DNA from: Octopus vulgaris
Lineage: Eukaryota
Reading direction: 5' to 3'
Assembly (NCBI GenBank): GCA_951406725.2
Contig: OX597831.1
Coordinates: 68,200,001 to 68,264,000, forward strand
DNA length: 64,000 nucleotides
Below are positions 13,342-26,239 of the stretch, piece by piece (positions within the stretch are counted from its first letter, which is position 1; each line of letters begins with the position of its first letter). A program made the translations under genes and the position numbers. The notes beneath the pieces were generated by a model. The model did no database searches, was not told where the DNA came from, and saw nothing but the letters and a program-made list of their open reading frames with translations.

Positions 13342-13805
13342 ATGAGTGTGATCGTTGACAGAGAGGCTATTCGAGTATGATCGTTACCAGCATCACCTTA
13401 CTGGCACTTATGCCTGTGCTAGTAGGGTGCCAAGAATACCATCTTAGCGTGATCGTTGTGATCGTTGCCAGAGCAGCCAACTGGCTCTGTACCCATGGCA
13501 CGTAAAAGGGCACCATTTGAGCATGATCGTTACCAACATCGCTTCACTGGCACTTGTGCTGGTGGCACGTATAAAAAAATTCAAGCGAGGTCATTGCCAG
13601 TACCGCCTGACTGGCCCCCTTGCAGGTGGCACGTAAAAAGCACCCACTACACTCTCGGAGTGGTTGGTGTTAGGAAGGGCATCCAGCTGTAGAAACTCAG
13701 ATCAAGACTGGAGCCTGGTGCAGCCATCTGGCTTGCCAGCCCTCAGTCAAAATCGTCCAACCCATGCTAGCATGGAAAACGGACGTTAAACGATGATGAT
13801 GATGA
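13342..13805 (+). mobile_element. RTE 3'-UTR-derived short element with tandem hairpin units and (GAT)n tail
   Basis: 3' part matches the LINE end at 3750-3945 (ggaagggcatccagctgtagaaac..ccaacccatgc.agcatgga..gttaaacgatgat). Confidence 0.85.
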
Positions 13806-14985
13806 TATATGTGAGCACTACTAACAGTAGTGATCACACGCACACAGCCTATTAGTAAGTACTATATGTAACTAAGAAATAAGCAAAAATCTTTAAAGTA
13901 AAATGAAGACAATAAGTTTCATGCAAATATTGAAGTAACATATTAGGGTTATTCTAATAGAAAAATCTCATGTAAGCTTAGAAAAAAAAAGGAAAAAACA
14001 AAATAAACTTTGAGGAAATTTAAATTACAAGACAAAGAATAATAAAATTATATACATTAGGCTTATTGCTGAACACCTTACCATTTCTGCATTGCAGTTG
14101 CCTTAAAATAATTTTAATAATAATGGTAAGATATGGGGTTTATGTCTTTCCTGTCAATAGCATCCTTCTCAATTACAATAGGTCTGAGCAACATGGATTA
14201 AATAATAACTATATCTTATTTTGACACAAGCTTACAGATCTGGAGGAGGACATAGTTGATAAAATTTACCTTAATACTTGAAATACACTTTTTAAATTGA
14301 TCCTTAATGATAAAAGGCAAAGGAAAAAGGAACGTAACAAAATATCACAAAATATTTTTTGCCTGTCAAGTCAATTATTTCTACATTTGGTAAAAGATCA
14401 CAAAGCTGCAAGGAATTGACTTAGAGATAACTGCCTATTTTATGGACCACTAGAAAGATCAAAAGCAAAGGGCTAAATCCACAATGGACCAAACTGAATA
14501 TAGGCATATGGTCTGTAATTTGAGAGAGAGGTATAAACAGTTCTTCATGAGTACTTTATTTTATCTTCTTTTGAAGGATGATATGTAAAGTTAATTGCGG
14601 TCCCACTTGAACTTTACTGGACATTGTTTCTGCCACCTCTCTTAAAAAAAATCATTATTTACATTGAAATAAATTCAAAAAGGTAGTTAGTCGAAAAGAA
14701 TTCAGTGAAGTGTAAAACACAGATTCTGTTTGTTTTGATTCAGTAGTAGGGAAGAAAGTTTTGAAGAAAGTACCAGAAACTCTCTTAGTAACTGTAAAAG
14801 AGTTGAGAGGACATCTATTGCAAAGTCTAATGTAGCAGCTGTTGTTGTTACTCTCAAGGAACGCTAATTGAATAAACCTATGATCTGAGGCATTTCCACC
14901 CCACTCCATAACCATCTATCTTTGTAAGGGTATGTCATCTAGCTTTGTAAGACTATATTGTCTAGTGCATTCCTTTGTTATTTAA

Positions 14986-15207
14986 CCCTTTCGTTACTGT
15001 ATTTATTTTGAGATGCTCTGTGTTTCTTTCAATTAATTTTAAATATAACAAAGAATTTAGTAAAATAACTTAGTTATCATTAAGCTAGTGTTAGGAACAT
15101 AAATTGTGATTAAGGTTTGGTGGAAGATTTTAATTCAAAACTTATGAAAACAAGACATTTGTACTACAGAGCCAGAGTCAGTTTCAGCTGGGTTGGTAAC
15201 GAAAGGG
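14986..15207. mobile_element. piggyBac-type MITE
   Basis: TTAA on both sides (14982-85, 15208-11); TIR ccctttcgttac / gtaacgaaaggg. Confidence 0.85.
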
Positions 15208-16095
15208 TTAAGGCAGTAGGGTACTTTTTGAGAGATTTGACTAGCCAAAAGTCAATGTAGAATACTGGCCACATTGTAAATATATCAATGAAAGGCTGAG
15301 GTATCGCATTATTGTAGAGACAAATGCAGTTGCAGAAGCAGATGGTTGTAAGAGCAGTAAAAGAGATATTTTAGGAGACAGGTAATGGCAGAGAGAATAG
15401 TAGAAGTTGTAACACTTGTGGCAATGATAGTTGTCATTGTAGTAGTAGTAGCAGCAGCAGCAGTGTACTGAGACATGGAAATGGGTGTGAGAGGTATATG
15501 TGTGTGGTCATAGATAAGAATATTCAGCTATTGGATAGCAACTCACTTTTAAGTTACAGGAGTGATATTTTATTAATACATATAATTCATATTACATTGT
15601 TCCTCACTATACATTGAGATAAAAATTATGGCATGACAAGTTTTTCAGTTTGTTTATGTATGAGAGATAAGTAGGTATAATTTTTGCCTATATTTATTTG
15701 CAGATGTGTGTGAATCAATGTACATATATAAGTATGTATATGTACTTGTTATTACTGAAGATAGAGCTTAATTTATTGCTTGTTCTGTGCCTATGTTTAA
15801 CAATATATTCCCAAACAAGTAATTATCATAAAAACAAAACAATTATGTCTTTTTGTCAACTGAACATCATTATGTATATAAAAAAAATTTCAATAAAATG
15901 GAATAGAAAGCACAGAATATAGTGTGCGCACACACACACATTTATATATATGACCACTGATACAAGCATGTGTGTGTGTGTGTGTGCAATGAAATTATTC
16001 ACATACATCGAACTAATAACTGTAACCTTGATCTTAAGTGGAAACCTCACAGTAAGCCACACACACACGCACACACACACATACACAAACACACG

Positions 16096-16129
<34 letters not shown>

Positions 16130-16548
16130 TGTACGATGGGCTGCCACTTCCAGTTTCTATCCACCAAATTTCATTAATTGAGGAAAACTATAGCAGAGGA
16201 TGGTGGCAATGTCCTTGCAGAGATAACGAAGGCTAAAAAAATATGGCTTTAAAGTGAACATTCTAACCACAGTCATACACTCAGACACACATACACATGT
16301 ATAGTTCACTCACACATAAATGTGAATGCATGTACACACACTAGTACAACACATACACAGATATGGGGGCTTAATGACAGACAGATTTGTTCACAAGGTT
16401 TCATTAGCCTGAGACAATAGTAAACATGTAACAAATTGCTGGGCAGTGGGACTGAATCATGATGTGGCAAATCAAATTTCTTAACAATACAGGCATGTGT
16501 GTGTGTGTGTTTATGCATATATGTATGTATAGGAGAAATTAAGATGAA

Positions 16549-16956
16549 CAGGAGTGGCTGTGGCTGTGTGGTAAGTAGCTAGCTTACCAGCCACATGGTT
16601 CTGGGTTCAGTTCCACTGTGTGGCACCTTGGGCAAGTGTCTTCTACTATAGCCTTGGGCCGACCAAAGCCTTGTGAGTGGATTTGGTAGACGGAAACTGA
16701 AAGAAGCCTGTCGTATATATGTATATATATGTATGTGTGCGTTTATGTTTGTGTGTCTGTGTTTGTCCCCCTAGCATTGCTTGACAACCGATGATGGTGT
16801 GTTTATGTCCCCGTAACTTAGCGGTTCGGCAAAAGAGACCGATAAAATAAGTACTAGGCTTACAAAGAATAAGTCCTGGGGGTTGATTTGCTCGACTAAA
16901 GGTGGTGCTCCAGCATGGTCGCAGTGAAATGACTGAGAGTAAAAGAGTAAAAGAGT
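16549..16956 (+). mobile_element. SINE family A
   Basis: Homology to other copies. Confidence 0.9.
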
Positions 16957-17320
16957 ATAAGTCTATTGTAATTTTACTAAGTATCTACAGCTAAGTAGAG
17001 CAGTAACCAAACCACTCTACAAGAAACAGACAGAATGATGGCAATCTTAACGCAACAGTTGCAGTCATACATTTAACTGTGTGCACAAGTAACACTATAT
17101 ATATATATACATATATATATTCTCTTTCATACATTAACTAAGAGCACATGTGTTTGAAAATGTTAATAGAAAGAGCTCACAGACTAGGTAAAAGTCTTCT
17201 TCCCAAAAAGGTTAGAAACATCCTTATAAAGGTTTTTATAATTTTTTTTAAAAAAGATAATTTTTTTAAAATTCCATTTTATACTTAAAAAGTGTATTAA
17301 GTAATTTTTTTCAAAACTTT

Positions 17321-17362
<42 letters not shown>

Positions 17363-17400
17363 TATATGTTTTTATATATATATATATATATGTTTATATG

Positions 17401-17436
<36 letters not shown>

Positions 17437-17437
17437 A

Positions 17438-17770
17438 CGGGGTGCCACTGCATGGTGCCAAAGATTCCAACATCACCATCAAAATACAGGACCAGATACT
17501 GCAACAGCTTGGGTTTCAGAGGACTGCAGCTCTTCAACATCCTCCTTAAATGCCTGAGAGACTTGCATGGTGTGGATGTGGATTTCTTTAAAACTAAACT
17601 GGATCTCTTCTTGTTGGGGACCCAGATGAACCTACCTCTTGGCAGGAGACACAGATGCAGTCAGCGGCATCGAACTCCCTTGTTGATCAAGTGCCATGTA
17701 TCAGAGGTGGATTCACATACTAGTGTAGCTGATTCAATGGCCGCAGCCTTCGGGCTGAAACATTTTTAAG
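17438..17770 (+). mobile_element. 3' end of a CR1/L2-group LINE
   Basis: Peptide NSLGFRGLQLFNILLKCLRDLHGVDVDFFKTKLDLFL then frameshifted PDEP..AASNSL, a typical RT C-terminus; inserted in (TA)n. Confidence 0.75.
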
Positions 17771-17790
17771 GATTTATATATAGATATATA

Positions 17791-18731
17791 TTGGGTCATC
17801 TCATAAATAATGCAGTTTTTTCAATTGCATGAATTAAAAGTTGGAGGGGGATGGGATAAACTACCTGCATCAACTTACTATAAATGCTGGTTGTAATTTT
17901 ATCTTGTCATTATTCTTAGTGCAAATTTTGAAGAGTGCAGTTCAATTTTAACAGTTATTTTTTTCAAAGTTATGATCATCATCATCATCATCATCATCGA
18001 CAAAGGAGTATATTCGGCATATTTTGCTTTATGAGTTCAATAAAGGCAACAATGCAGCAGAAAGTGTAAGGAATATTAATGCAGTATATGGGGATTGGAC
18101 AATAAGTGTAAGCCAGTGTCAACAGTGGTACCAGAAATTCCAAGCTGTAAACTACATCCTAGAAGATGAGCCTTGTCCTGGAAGATATGTAGAGCTCAAT
18201 GAGGACATTCTGCTAACCCTGCTGGGACAAAATCCCATTGTAACTGTTGAGGAACTAGCAGAGAAACTTAGATTTGGTTATTCAACCATTCATTGATACC
18301 TGTGCTAGAAGAAAAACGACCATCTTTGGTTTCAAGATGAAAGGCGTTCTTCCATCAGGATAATGTTCGGTCACATACAGTGAGGATGACATTTTAAAGG
18401 GTGGAGCAGTTTGAATGGGAAACGCTGCCCCACTCAACATATTTGCTGGACATTGCCCCATCTGATTATCATTTATTTCTCAGTCTTCAAAATCATTTGG
18501 ACAGAAAAAATATGAGTTCTGCAAACGAGGTCAGAACAGTAGTGGAGGAGTATTTTTCATCACGGACAAGTGAATTTTGGAGAGGGGCCTTGCAAGTTTA
18601 CCAGATATATGGAAGAGCATTGTAGAAAATGAAGAAGAGTGTATTTTAGATTAAAAAAGAACTTTGTTTATCTTAATTCCGAAAAATAAAAGAAGTATTA
18701 AAAAAACTGCGTTATTTATAGGATGACCCAA
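17791..18731 (+). mobile_element. Internally deleted mariner (DD34D-type) transposon
   Basis: TIR ttgggtcatc..ataaataa.gcagtttttt at both ends with TA flanks; HTH N-terminus (IRHILLYEF..G.NAAE) fused to C-terminus (HQDN..H, HSTYLLDIAPSDYHLF); stop codons. Confidence 0.92.
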
Positions 18732-19009
18732 TATATATATATAGTATATGGAATAGAAGTGCTAAGCAGGGATGTGTATGGCAACACGAAGTTTCTATAT
18801 GTATGTGTGCAAACTTTTGGTTAGTTAAAATATGTTTGTGGCATATTTCAACTTCTCAAGGAAAATTCACTACAGTTACCATAGAGAAAAATTTCTCTCT
18901 TATGGTAAAAGGTATAAAAACACCATATCTGCTCAGTGTTGCCTCCTGTTGAATTCCCAAACACAATATTTCTGGCTCTTTAGCCTTCTTTGATGGGAAA
19001 TACTGAAGT

Positions 19010-19291
19010 TCCTTCGCGAGCCATGCCTGGCTCATAAGGGCCGGTTTCCGTGGCGTATAGGTTCCCCACCTGGATGGGACGCCGGTCCGTTGCAGGTGAG
19101 CTGCAAAATGCAGGAGAAAAGAGTGAGAGAAAGTTGTGGTGAAGGAGTAAGCAGAAGTTCGCCATTACCTTCTGCCAGAGTCGCATGGAGCTTAGGTGTT
19201 TCGTTCATAAACATCGCCCTGTCTGAGATTTTAGATCACAATCCCTCGACCGTGAGTCTGCTGCTCTAACCATTAGGCCATGTGTCTCCAC
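19010..19291 (-). mobile_element. SINE family B, tail type 2
   Basis: Homologous to 24329 and 48227; 12-bp TSD aaatactgaagt (18998-19009, 19293-19304). Confidence 0.88.
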
Positions 19292-20786
19292 AAAATACTG
19301 AAGTGAGGTAACTCTGGGCAGATTTGTAGCTTTAACTAAAACACAGTCAACAACATTGACTGAGGTGCACTACTGGACCACACAGTTGAGATAAATTCAG
19401 TCACACCAGGGCTAATCAGTGTTTTGGCATAAGCAAACTTTAGATTAGTTAAAATATGTTTGTGACTTATTTCAACTTCTAAAGTCAAATTTATTGCAGT
19501 TACCATTGAGAACAAATTCCTTCTTATGGTAAATAGTGTAAAATATCATTTGCCTTGTGCATTTTCTTTTACCTGAAATACTGCTTTCACTGTCTTCAAC
19601 TTCAGTAGCTCTTTTGGGTCTACCTGGGATAGTCTCTCTCCTACACATTTTTTATAGCAAAGACCTCTTATGTTAACATTTCCAAGAGCTTCTTTCTTCC
19701 TGGTATTTGTGATGGCAAGTGTACTGCTACTATTGTATGCACAATCTACGTGTGTGTGTGTGTGTGTGTGTGTGCATCTGTATGTAGTATTTTTCCTGTT
19801 TTACTGTTATTTGTTTGACCTGTTATTACATTCACAGTTATTAGTTCAATACTACTGTATATAGTAGATATAAAACAAAACAATTATAAAACAATGCACA
19901 AAAAAGCAACAAGATTTGTTGTAATGAAGTTAGATGGAAATAAATCTATGAATCTGAAATAAATTCATTGCAAAAATGTAATTCATATTTGATTGGACAC
20001 TAAACATTTTTTCTTTTACTAGGAATGTCTCTTGCTTGCAGTTAATTGCTTTCTGTGTGCTTGTATGATATTATTGTCTTTCCACTTGGCTGGAGGAGTT
20101 TCATTATTAAAAGTTTTACTGCAGTAAGTTTTCTATCATCAGTTTTCTGGCATATTGAAAAGCTTCCTTAATGATCATATCTTTCATTTTTTTCTTGGCT
20201 ATACCAACTTTTGAGAAGCTTAGACTTGAAAAGCCTTCCATACTAAATGGTTCTGTGTCTCCTGAATTTGTTTTCTGAGTGGCAAATTACATCGCTTTTC
20301 AGATGAAAAGTAGTGATTATACAACTGTGACCTTTACATTGCAGTTTCAGAAACAGAAAATATTATCATCTTGGCACTTTCAGATCAAAAAATGACCCCA
20401 GGTGACTTCATTGACAAGTACTAGCCACTGTGATTCATTGTTCATATTTCTCATCATGTGGTATGTAGATTGTTTAACCATCCACTATTCCATAGGCATT
20501 AGCCTTCAACTGGCATGAGCAGCCATGTCAATGCTTGCTTAGAGTTGTCCCAAGCATGATGGTTCACTTATGTTTATCAAACGGCTGAGGCTAACATATG
20601 TTGGCGTTTTGCTTACGTAGGCAGTAGCAGGCTGGGCAGATTCTCCACTTAGTCTAGGATGTAGATGTTGGCATTGTGAGCTGCAAGTTATGCAACAAAC
20701 AGTGCCAACATCAAAACTCAAAACCACTGGCTTTTAACTTTCCTTTTGATTCTATTGACTGAACAAATCTTTTATTACCAGTTGAT

Positions 20787-21201
20787 TACTCTTTTACTCT
20801 TTTACTTGTTTCAGTCATTTGACTGTGGCCATGCAGGAGCATCGCCTTTAGTCGGGCAAATCGACCCCGGGACTTATTCTTTGTAAGCCCAGTACTTATT
20901 CTATCAGTCTCTTTTGCCAAACCGCTAAGTGACGGGGACGTAAACACACCAGCATCGGTTGTCAAGCAATGCTAGGGGGACAAACACAGATACACAAACA
21001 TATACACACACACACTTATATATATATACATATATACGACAGGCTTCTTTCAGTTTCCGTCTACCAAATCCACTCACAAGGCATTGGTCGGCCCGGGGCT
21101 ATAGCAGAAGACACTTGCCCAAGATGCCACGCAGTGGGACTGAACCCGGAACCATGTGGTTGGTTAGCAAGCTACTTACCACACAGCCACTCCTGCGCCT
21201 A
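20787..21201 (-). mobile_element. SINE family A
   Basis: Homology to other copies. Confidence 0.9.
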
Positions 21202-22063
21202 TTGGTAACAAATGATTTTAATTTGATGCAGAAATATGTGCAATTTGAATATAGTCTAAGTACACAAATATATGTACGCAGCAAATTGCACTCATGTACA
21301 TGCTTACCTAAAGAGATGCACAAGTATGATTAGCAGCTGTATGCAGATGACAGCTTAGTTTCAATGTTTTGTCATGCTATTTTAGGCAGCTAGAGTGCAA
21401 TACTTAGTGAGCCATTTTTGGCTACACGAATAGAAGAAAAACTGCTATCTGTCTCTAACCTGCTATTAACCATCATTGGTAACCATGAAAGCTGTCTCCT
21501 TTCATTTTCACTTGTTTACAGTTTAATTTTAGCTTAACATTACCTCTGTAGAACAACTTGCTTAAAAACATGCTTTGTTTTTTCCTATTCACTGAACATT
21601 ATCAAATGGTAAACATTTTAATTTTATAAACATGACTATATGTTTGGACATTTTCTAGAGAACATTCTGCAGCATGATTTTCAAAAACATGAAAATATTT
21701 TTTCCCATGCTGACAAGTTCAAAATATGTAAACTGTGCTTTGATGTGGTAAATTAAGATATGTGATATTTATTTTGTTTAATTTTTTTTGTTTTTCAACT
21801 TGTACTTACAAACCATGTGCTGTGTAAATATTATTGAATTAGTCTACCAATAAGCTCAGAAGACATCTATTTAATGTGCATATGTAGGAAATAAAAAGAA
21901 AATAAATTATACAATTGTTGCAATCTTTGAGAACATTTCTTTTAATTTCCTGAACATGCATAAATTTGTATTTGCAAATATACTTTTAAGGAAACATGTA
22001 GGCAAACAAATGCTACGATATTAGCATATACAAAGATTTACAAACTCATTTACTTGCCTAATA

Positions 22064-22863
22064 CAGGGTGTTTGTGTTAAATTTGATAGTTTATGTAAAA
22101 GGAATTGAAAAAAACAATGTCCCATTCAAAAATAAAAGTATTTTAAAAAATGAAAAAATATTAACTAAATCAAGGCTGGGAGATAACAGTTTACTCAAAG
22201 TAGTCCCTTTTAGCTTTCACCATGGCCTCAAGACAGCTCTACTGTATCCCTAGGAAGGTCTTCAAATAACATCCTTGGTCTTAGCAATCAGCTTGGCCTT
22301 GGTGTTGCTGGCAGAACCGTTGGTATCTTTCTCAACTATACCCAATGTATAGTAATCCATGGGATTACAATAAGGGAAAGTAGGAGGCCAGAAATTGGGG
22401 CTGGTGAAATCATAAAATTCTTTGACAACCACTTCTGACTCCTTCCAGAAATATGGCAAGAAGCCAAATTTTGCTGCCACATATATGGCTTTCCAGAAGC
22501 AACCCTCTTTTGCCAAAGATTAACTACAATCTCCAGTTGCTTCAAATAGGCATTTGAACTGACCTAGGCCCTGTTCAATGATATATGGATGAATTCCAGT
22601 AGGCAGACACAGTCAGAATGCTTGCTCTGTACCTTCCCGTTGGCCATGGCTCCTTAGTCTCCATTGCAGCTATACATGTCACATCTTACAACTTTTACAG
22701 TGTTCACAGAACATTGAGCAGTAGTTCTGATATCAGAATTATGGTACCTGGCATGAATCATCATGATACAAGTAACTCTTTCCTAACATTCAGGTGGCTT
22801 CCAGTGTTCTATGTCAGCTAGCCTTTTCTCAACCACAGCTCTCCAACACTGCTGTCTGTTCAC

Positions 22864-22866
<3 letters not shown>
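22064..22866 (-). mobile_element. Decayed Tc1/mariner (maT/DD37D-like) remnant
   Basis: ta|cagggtgt end; minus-strand PYMWQQN.A..H and WPPTFPYCNPMDYY motifs; right boundary uncertain. Confidence 0.75.
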
Positions 22867-22897
<31 letters not shown>

Positions 22898-22901
<4 letters not shown>

Positions 22902-23322
22902 AGGAGTGGCTGTGTGGTAAGTAGCTTGCTTACCAACCATATGGCTCCGGGTTCAGTCCCACTGTGTAGCATCTTGGGCAAGTGTCTTTCACTATAGTCT
23001 CCCAAAGCCTTGTGAGTGAATTTGGTAGACAGAAACTGAAAGAAGCCCGTCGTATATATGTATGTATATATATATATATATATATAAGTGGGTGTGTGTA
23101 TGTATGTGTCTGTGTTTGTGTCTGTGTTTGTTCCCCTAGCATCACTTGATAACCGATACTGGTGTGTTTATGTCCTCGTAACTTAGCGGTTCAGCAAAAG
23201 AGACCAATAGAATAAGTACAGGGCTTACAAAGAATAAGTCCCGGGGTCGATTTGCTCGACTAAAGGTGGTGCTCCAGCATGGCCGCAGTCAAATGACTGA
23301 AACAAGTAAAAGAGTAAAGAGT
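22898..23322 (+). mobile_element. SINE family A
   Basis: Homology to other copies. Confidence 0.9.
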
Positions 23323-23685
23323 ATATATATATATATATCATTATCATTAAGGCAAGAAACTGCATTTGACCCTCTGGCTGATAACTGATGAGGATTTGGT
23401 GACCCTGTGTGTCTGTTTCCCGTTTGTTTGTGCATTTATTTTAACTTTATATCTATCTATATGTCTACATATCTATATACCTATATCTATTCATCTTTGT
23501 ATATGTGTGTGTGTGTGAGTGTTTGTGTGTGTATGTGTGTGTTTGTGTATGTTTGTGTGAATGAATGAATGATGACATATCTAGTTACCCAGGAGTGCAG
23601 AAAGTACCCTTTATGGTTTGGATTCTTAAACCAATAACTAAAAACCATTCTTTAAATGAATTGTTTTGGTACTTCGAATTATGGT

Positions 23686-24112
23686 ATTCTTTTAGTCTTT
23701 TACTTGTTTCAGTCATTTGACTGCAGCCTTGCTGGAGCACCACCTTTAGTTGAGCAAATCGACTCCAGGACTTATTCTTTGTAAGCCTAGTGCCTATTCT
23801 ATCAGTCTCTTTTTGCCGAATCACTAAGTTATGGGGACATAAACACACCAGCATCGGTTGTCAAGCAATGTTGGAGGGACAAGCAAAGATACACAAACAT
23901 ATACACACACATACATACATACATACATATATATATACACACACACACATATATACAATGGGCTTCTTTCAGTTTCTGTCTACCAAATCCACTCACAAGA
24001 CTTTGGTTGGCCCGAGGCTATAGTAGAAGACACTTGCCCAAGGTGCCATGCAGTGGGACTGAACCGGGAACCATGTGTTTGATAAGCAAGCTACTTACCA
24101 CACAGTTACTCC
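23686..24112 (-). mobile_element. SINE family A
   Basis: Homology to other copies. Confidence 0.9.
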
Positions 24113-24196
24113 ATTTAAGTTAGAATATTACTGGCAATGTTGATACATGCATTGGGTTGAAGACACAATATTTTACACTCATATGGCTTATAGAAT

Positions 24197-24700
24197 TCTT
24201 TTATTCTTTTACTTGTTTCAGTCATTTGACTGTGGGCATGCTGGAGCATCACCTTTAGTTGATCACATTGACCCCAGGACTTAGTCTTTGAAAGCCTAGT
24301 GGTCTACCAAATCCACTGACAAAGCCTTGTGGAGGCACATGGCCTAGTGGTCAGAACAGCGGACTTGTGGTCGAGGGATCGCGGGTTTGAATCTCAGACT
24401 GGGTGATGTGTGTGTTTATGAGCGAAAACACCTAAGCTCCATGCGGCTCAGGCAGAAGGTAATGGCGAACATCTGCTGACTCTTTTGCCACAACTTTCTC
24501 TCACTCTTTCCTCCTGCATCTTGCAGTTCACCTACGACGGACCAGCGTCTTGTCCAGGTGGGGAACCTATATGCCAAGAAACTGGCAAACCGGCCCTTAT
24601 GAGCCAGGCATGGCTCGAGAAGGAAAAAACAACAACAACTGACAAGGCTTTGGTCAGCCTGAAGCTAGAGTATAAACCACTTGTCCAAGGTGCCACACAC
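24197..24700 (-). mobile_element. Deleted SINE A copy interrupted by a SINE B insertion
   Basis: SINE A sequence resumes after 24640; imperfect TSD ctgacaaagcctt / ctgacaaggctt. Confidence 0.8.
24329..24639 (+). mobile_element. SINE family B, tail type 2, (AAC)n tail
   Basis: gtggaggcacatggcctagtggtcagaacagc head; homology to 48227. Confidence 0.88.
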
Positions 24701-24754
24701 TATGTTGTATTTATTATTTGTGGTACTTATTGGAGTTTATTCTTGATGTCGCCA

Positions 24755-24990
24755 AGGTGGCGAGCTGGCAGAAACGTTAGCACGCCGGGTGAAATGCGTA
24801 ACCATATTTCGTCTGCCCTTTTATGTTCTGAGTTCAAATTCCGCCGAGGTCGACTTTGCCTTTCATTTTTTCGGGGTCGATAAATTAAGTACCAGTTACG
24901 TACTGGGGTCGATAGAATCTACTTAATCCGTTCATCTGTCCTTGTTTGTCCCCTCTATGTTTAGCTCCTTGTGGGCAATAAAGAAATATA
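24755..24990 (+). mobile_element. SINE family C
   Basis: ggtggcgagctggcagaaacgttagcacg..gagttcaaattcc; near-identical to 63816-64000. Confidence 0.88.
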
Positions 24991-25399
24991 TTCTTGATGT
25001 TGCTTAGCATCAGTGTGTATTTGTAATATTGAACTCTCTGGTAAATAAAGACCCCACTAAACAGTGCAGTAATAAGTTGTAAATGCATAGCAACCAAGCG
25101 CAATAATAATGAATAATTTTTGTTGATCAAATTTTTTCTTTTTTATGAATATTGTTATAGCTCACTTGCATAATCAAATTATTTTATCAATGTGCAGAAA
25201 ATACATTCCTAAAACTAATAAATACTTTGCAGTATAAAGATAAGCACAATGAAACTTTGTTGAGTAGGGGTAAGTGCATTACTTTTAGTATTTATAATCA
25301 TTCATAAGTTTTGTTTAAACATTAACTACAGACATAAGAGCACGTCTAAAGAAGTTCTTTTACTTAAGTTCATGATGTTATTATCTTCACTGTTGACTA

Positions 25400-25965
25400 A
25401 GCATGCAATGTACTCATTTCTCTCGTTATTGTCCAGTGTTTTCTAAGTGACACAATGCAGTACTTGAAAGCTGTTTGGACTGATCTCTACAGCCATCTTT
25501 ACCAATAAAACTGGATCCTGTCAGCATCACTGTTGATGTGGAAGCTACCAGTCATTGCTAGTTTCTTCCTAGTTTTGATGTTCAAGTTGCAGATTCCATG
25601 AAGTGCTCAGTCTTGTTGGTGCTAGCACTTGCACTATGAAGGCATTGTAGGATGCAATTTTTTATTGAATAGTGACATCTCTGACTTCCATATCTTCTGA
25701 AATCTGCTGAAGTATTCTTTTGTCACCCTAACTTTACTCACAGCACCAACATATGTAATGTCTTCATCAGTTCCAAGGCTTTTGTAAGATTCATCACTAG
25801 TGATAAGGAACATAGGAAGGCTATTGATAACCATATTCCTTGCTTGGTTGACAATCTTTCCTTGTTTGACTACCAAATATGGACACATGTCCTGATCAAA
25901 CTTCATTCCTGAGTCCTATGAAAATGTGACCAGGCTTAACTGCTTCTTGGTCTCATGAATACTAC
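25400..25965 (-). mobile_element. R4/Dong-like LINE RT fragment (decayed)
   Basis: GMKFDQDMC..VVKQGK..ESYKSLG..KEYFSRFQKIWKSE..NK; further on LNIKTRKKLAMTGSFHINSDADR. Confidence 0.8.
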
Positions 25966-26239
25966 TCATGCATAGTTTAAAATTATCAACAAGATGGGTA
26001 TGTATGTATCCATGCATGCCTGCCTGCCTGTCATTATTCACTTTATTTCAAGATTTCTTGCCAATAGAGAAAGAACCAGTTTCTAACATAGATACAAGGC
26101 TCCTTTATTGGAATTCCAACATCAACAACAGGGTATTTTTGTTTGTATGTATGTATATATGTGCAGATTGTATGTTTTATCTATGTATTCTCATGCATAT
26201 AGTTGCATATCTAGACATGCTCATATACATATTTAAATG

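Noticed and set aside
13342-13660. Repeat/variable-spacer pattern as a CRISPR array
   Set aside because: Variable parts are only 6-11 nt hairpin loops within an RTE 3' UTR
23375-23420. ctgatgagg hammerhead-like core
   Set aside because: No downstream GAAA, stem II or stem I partner visible
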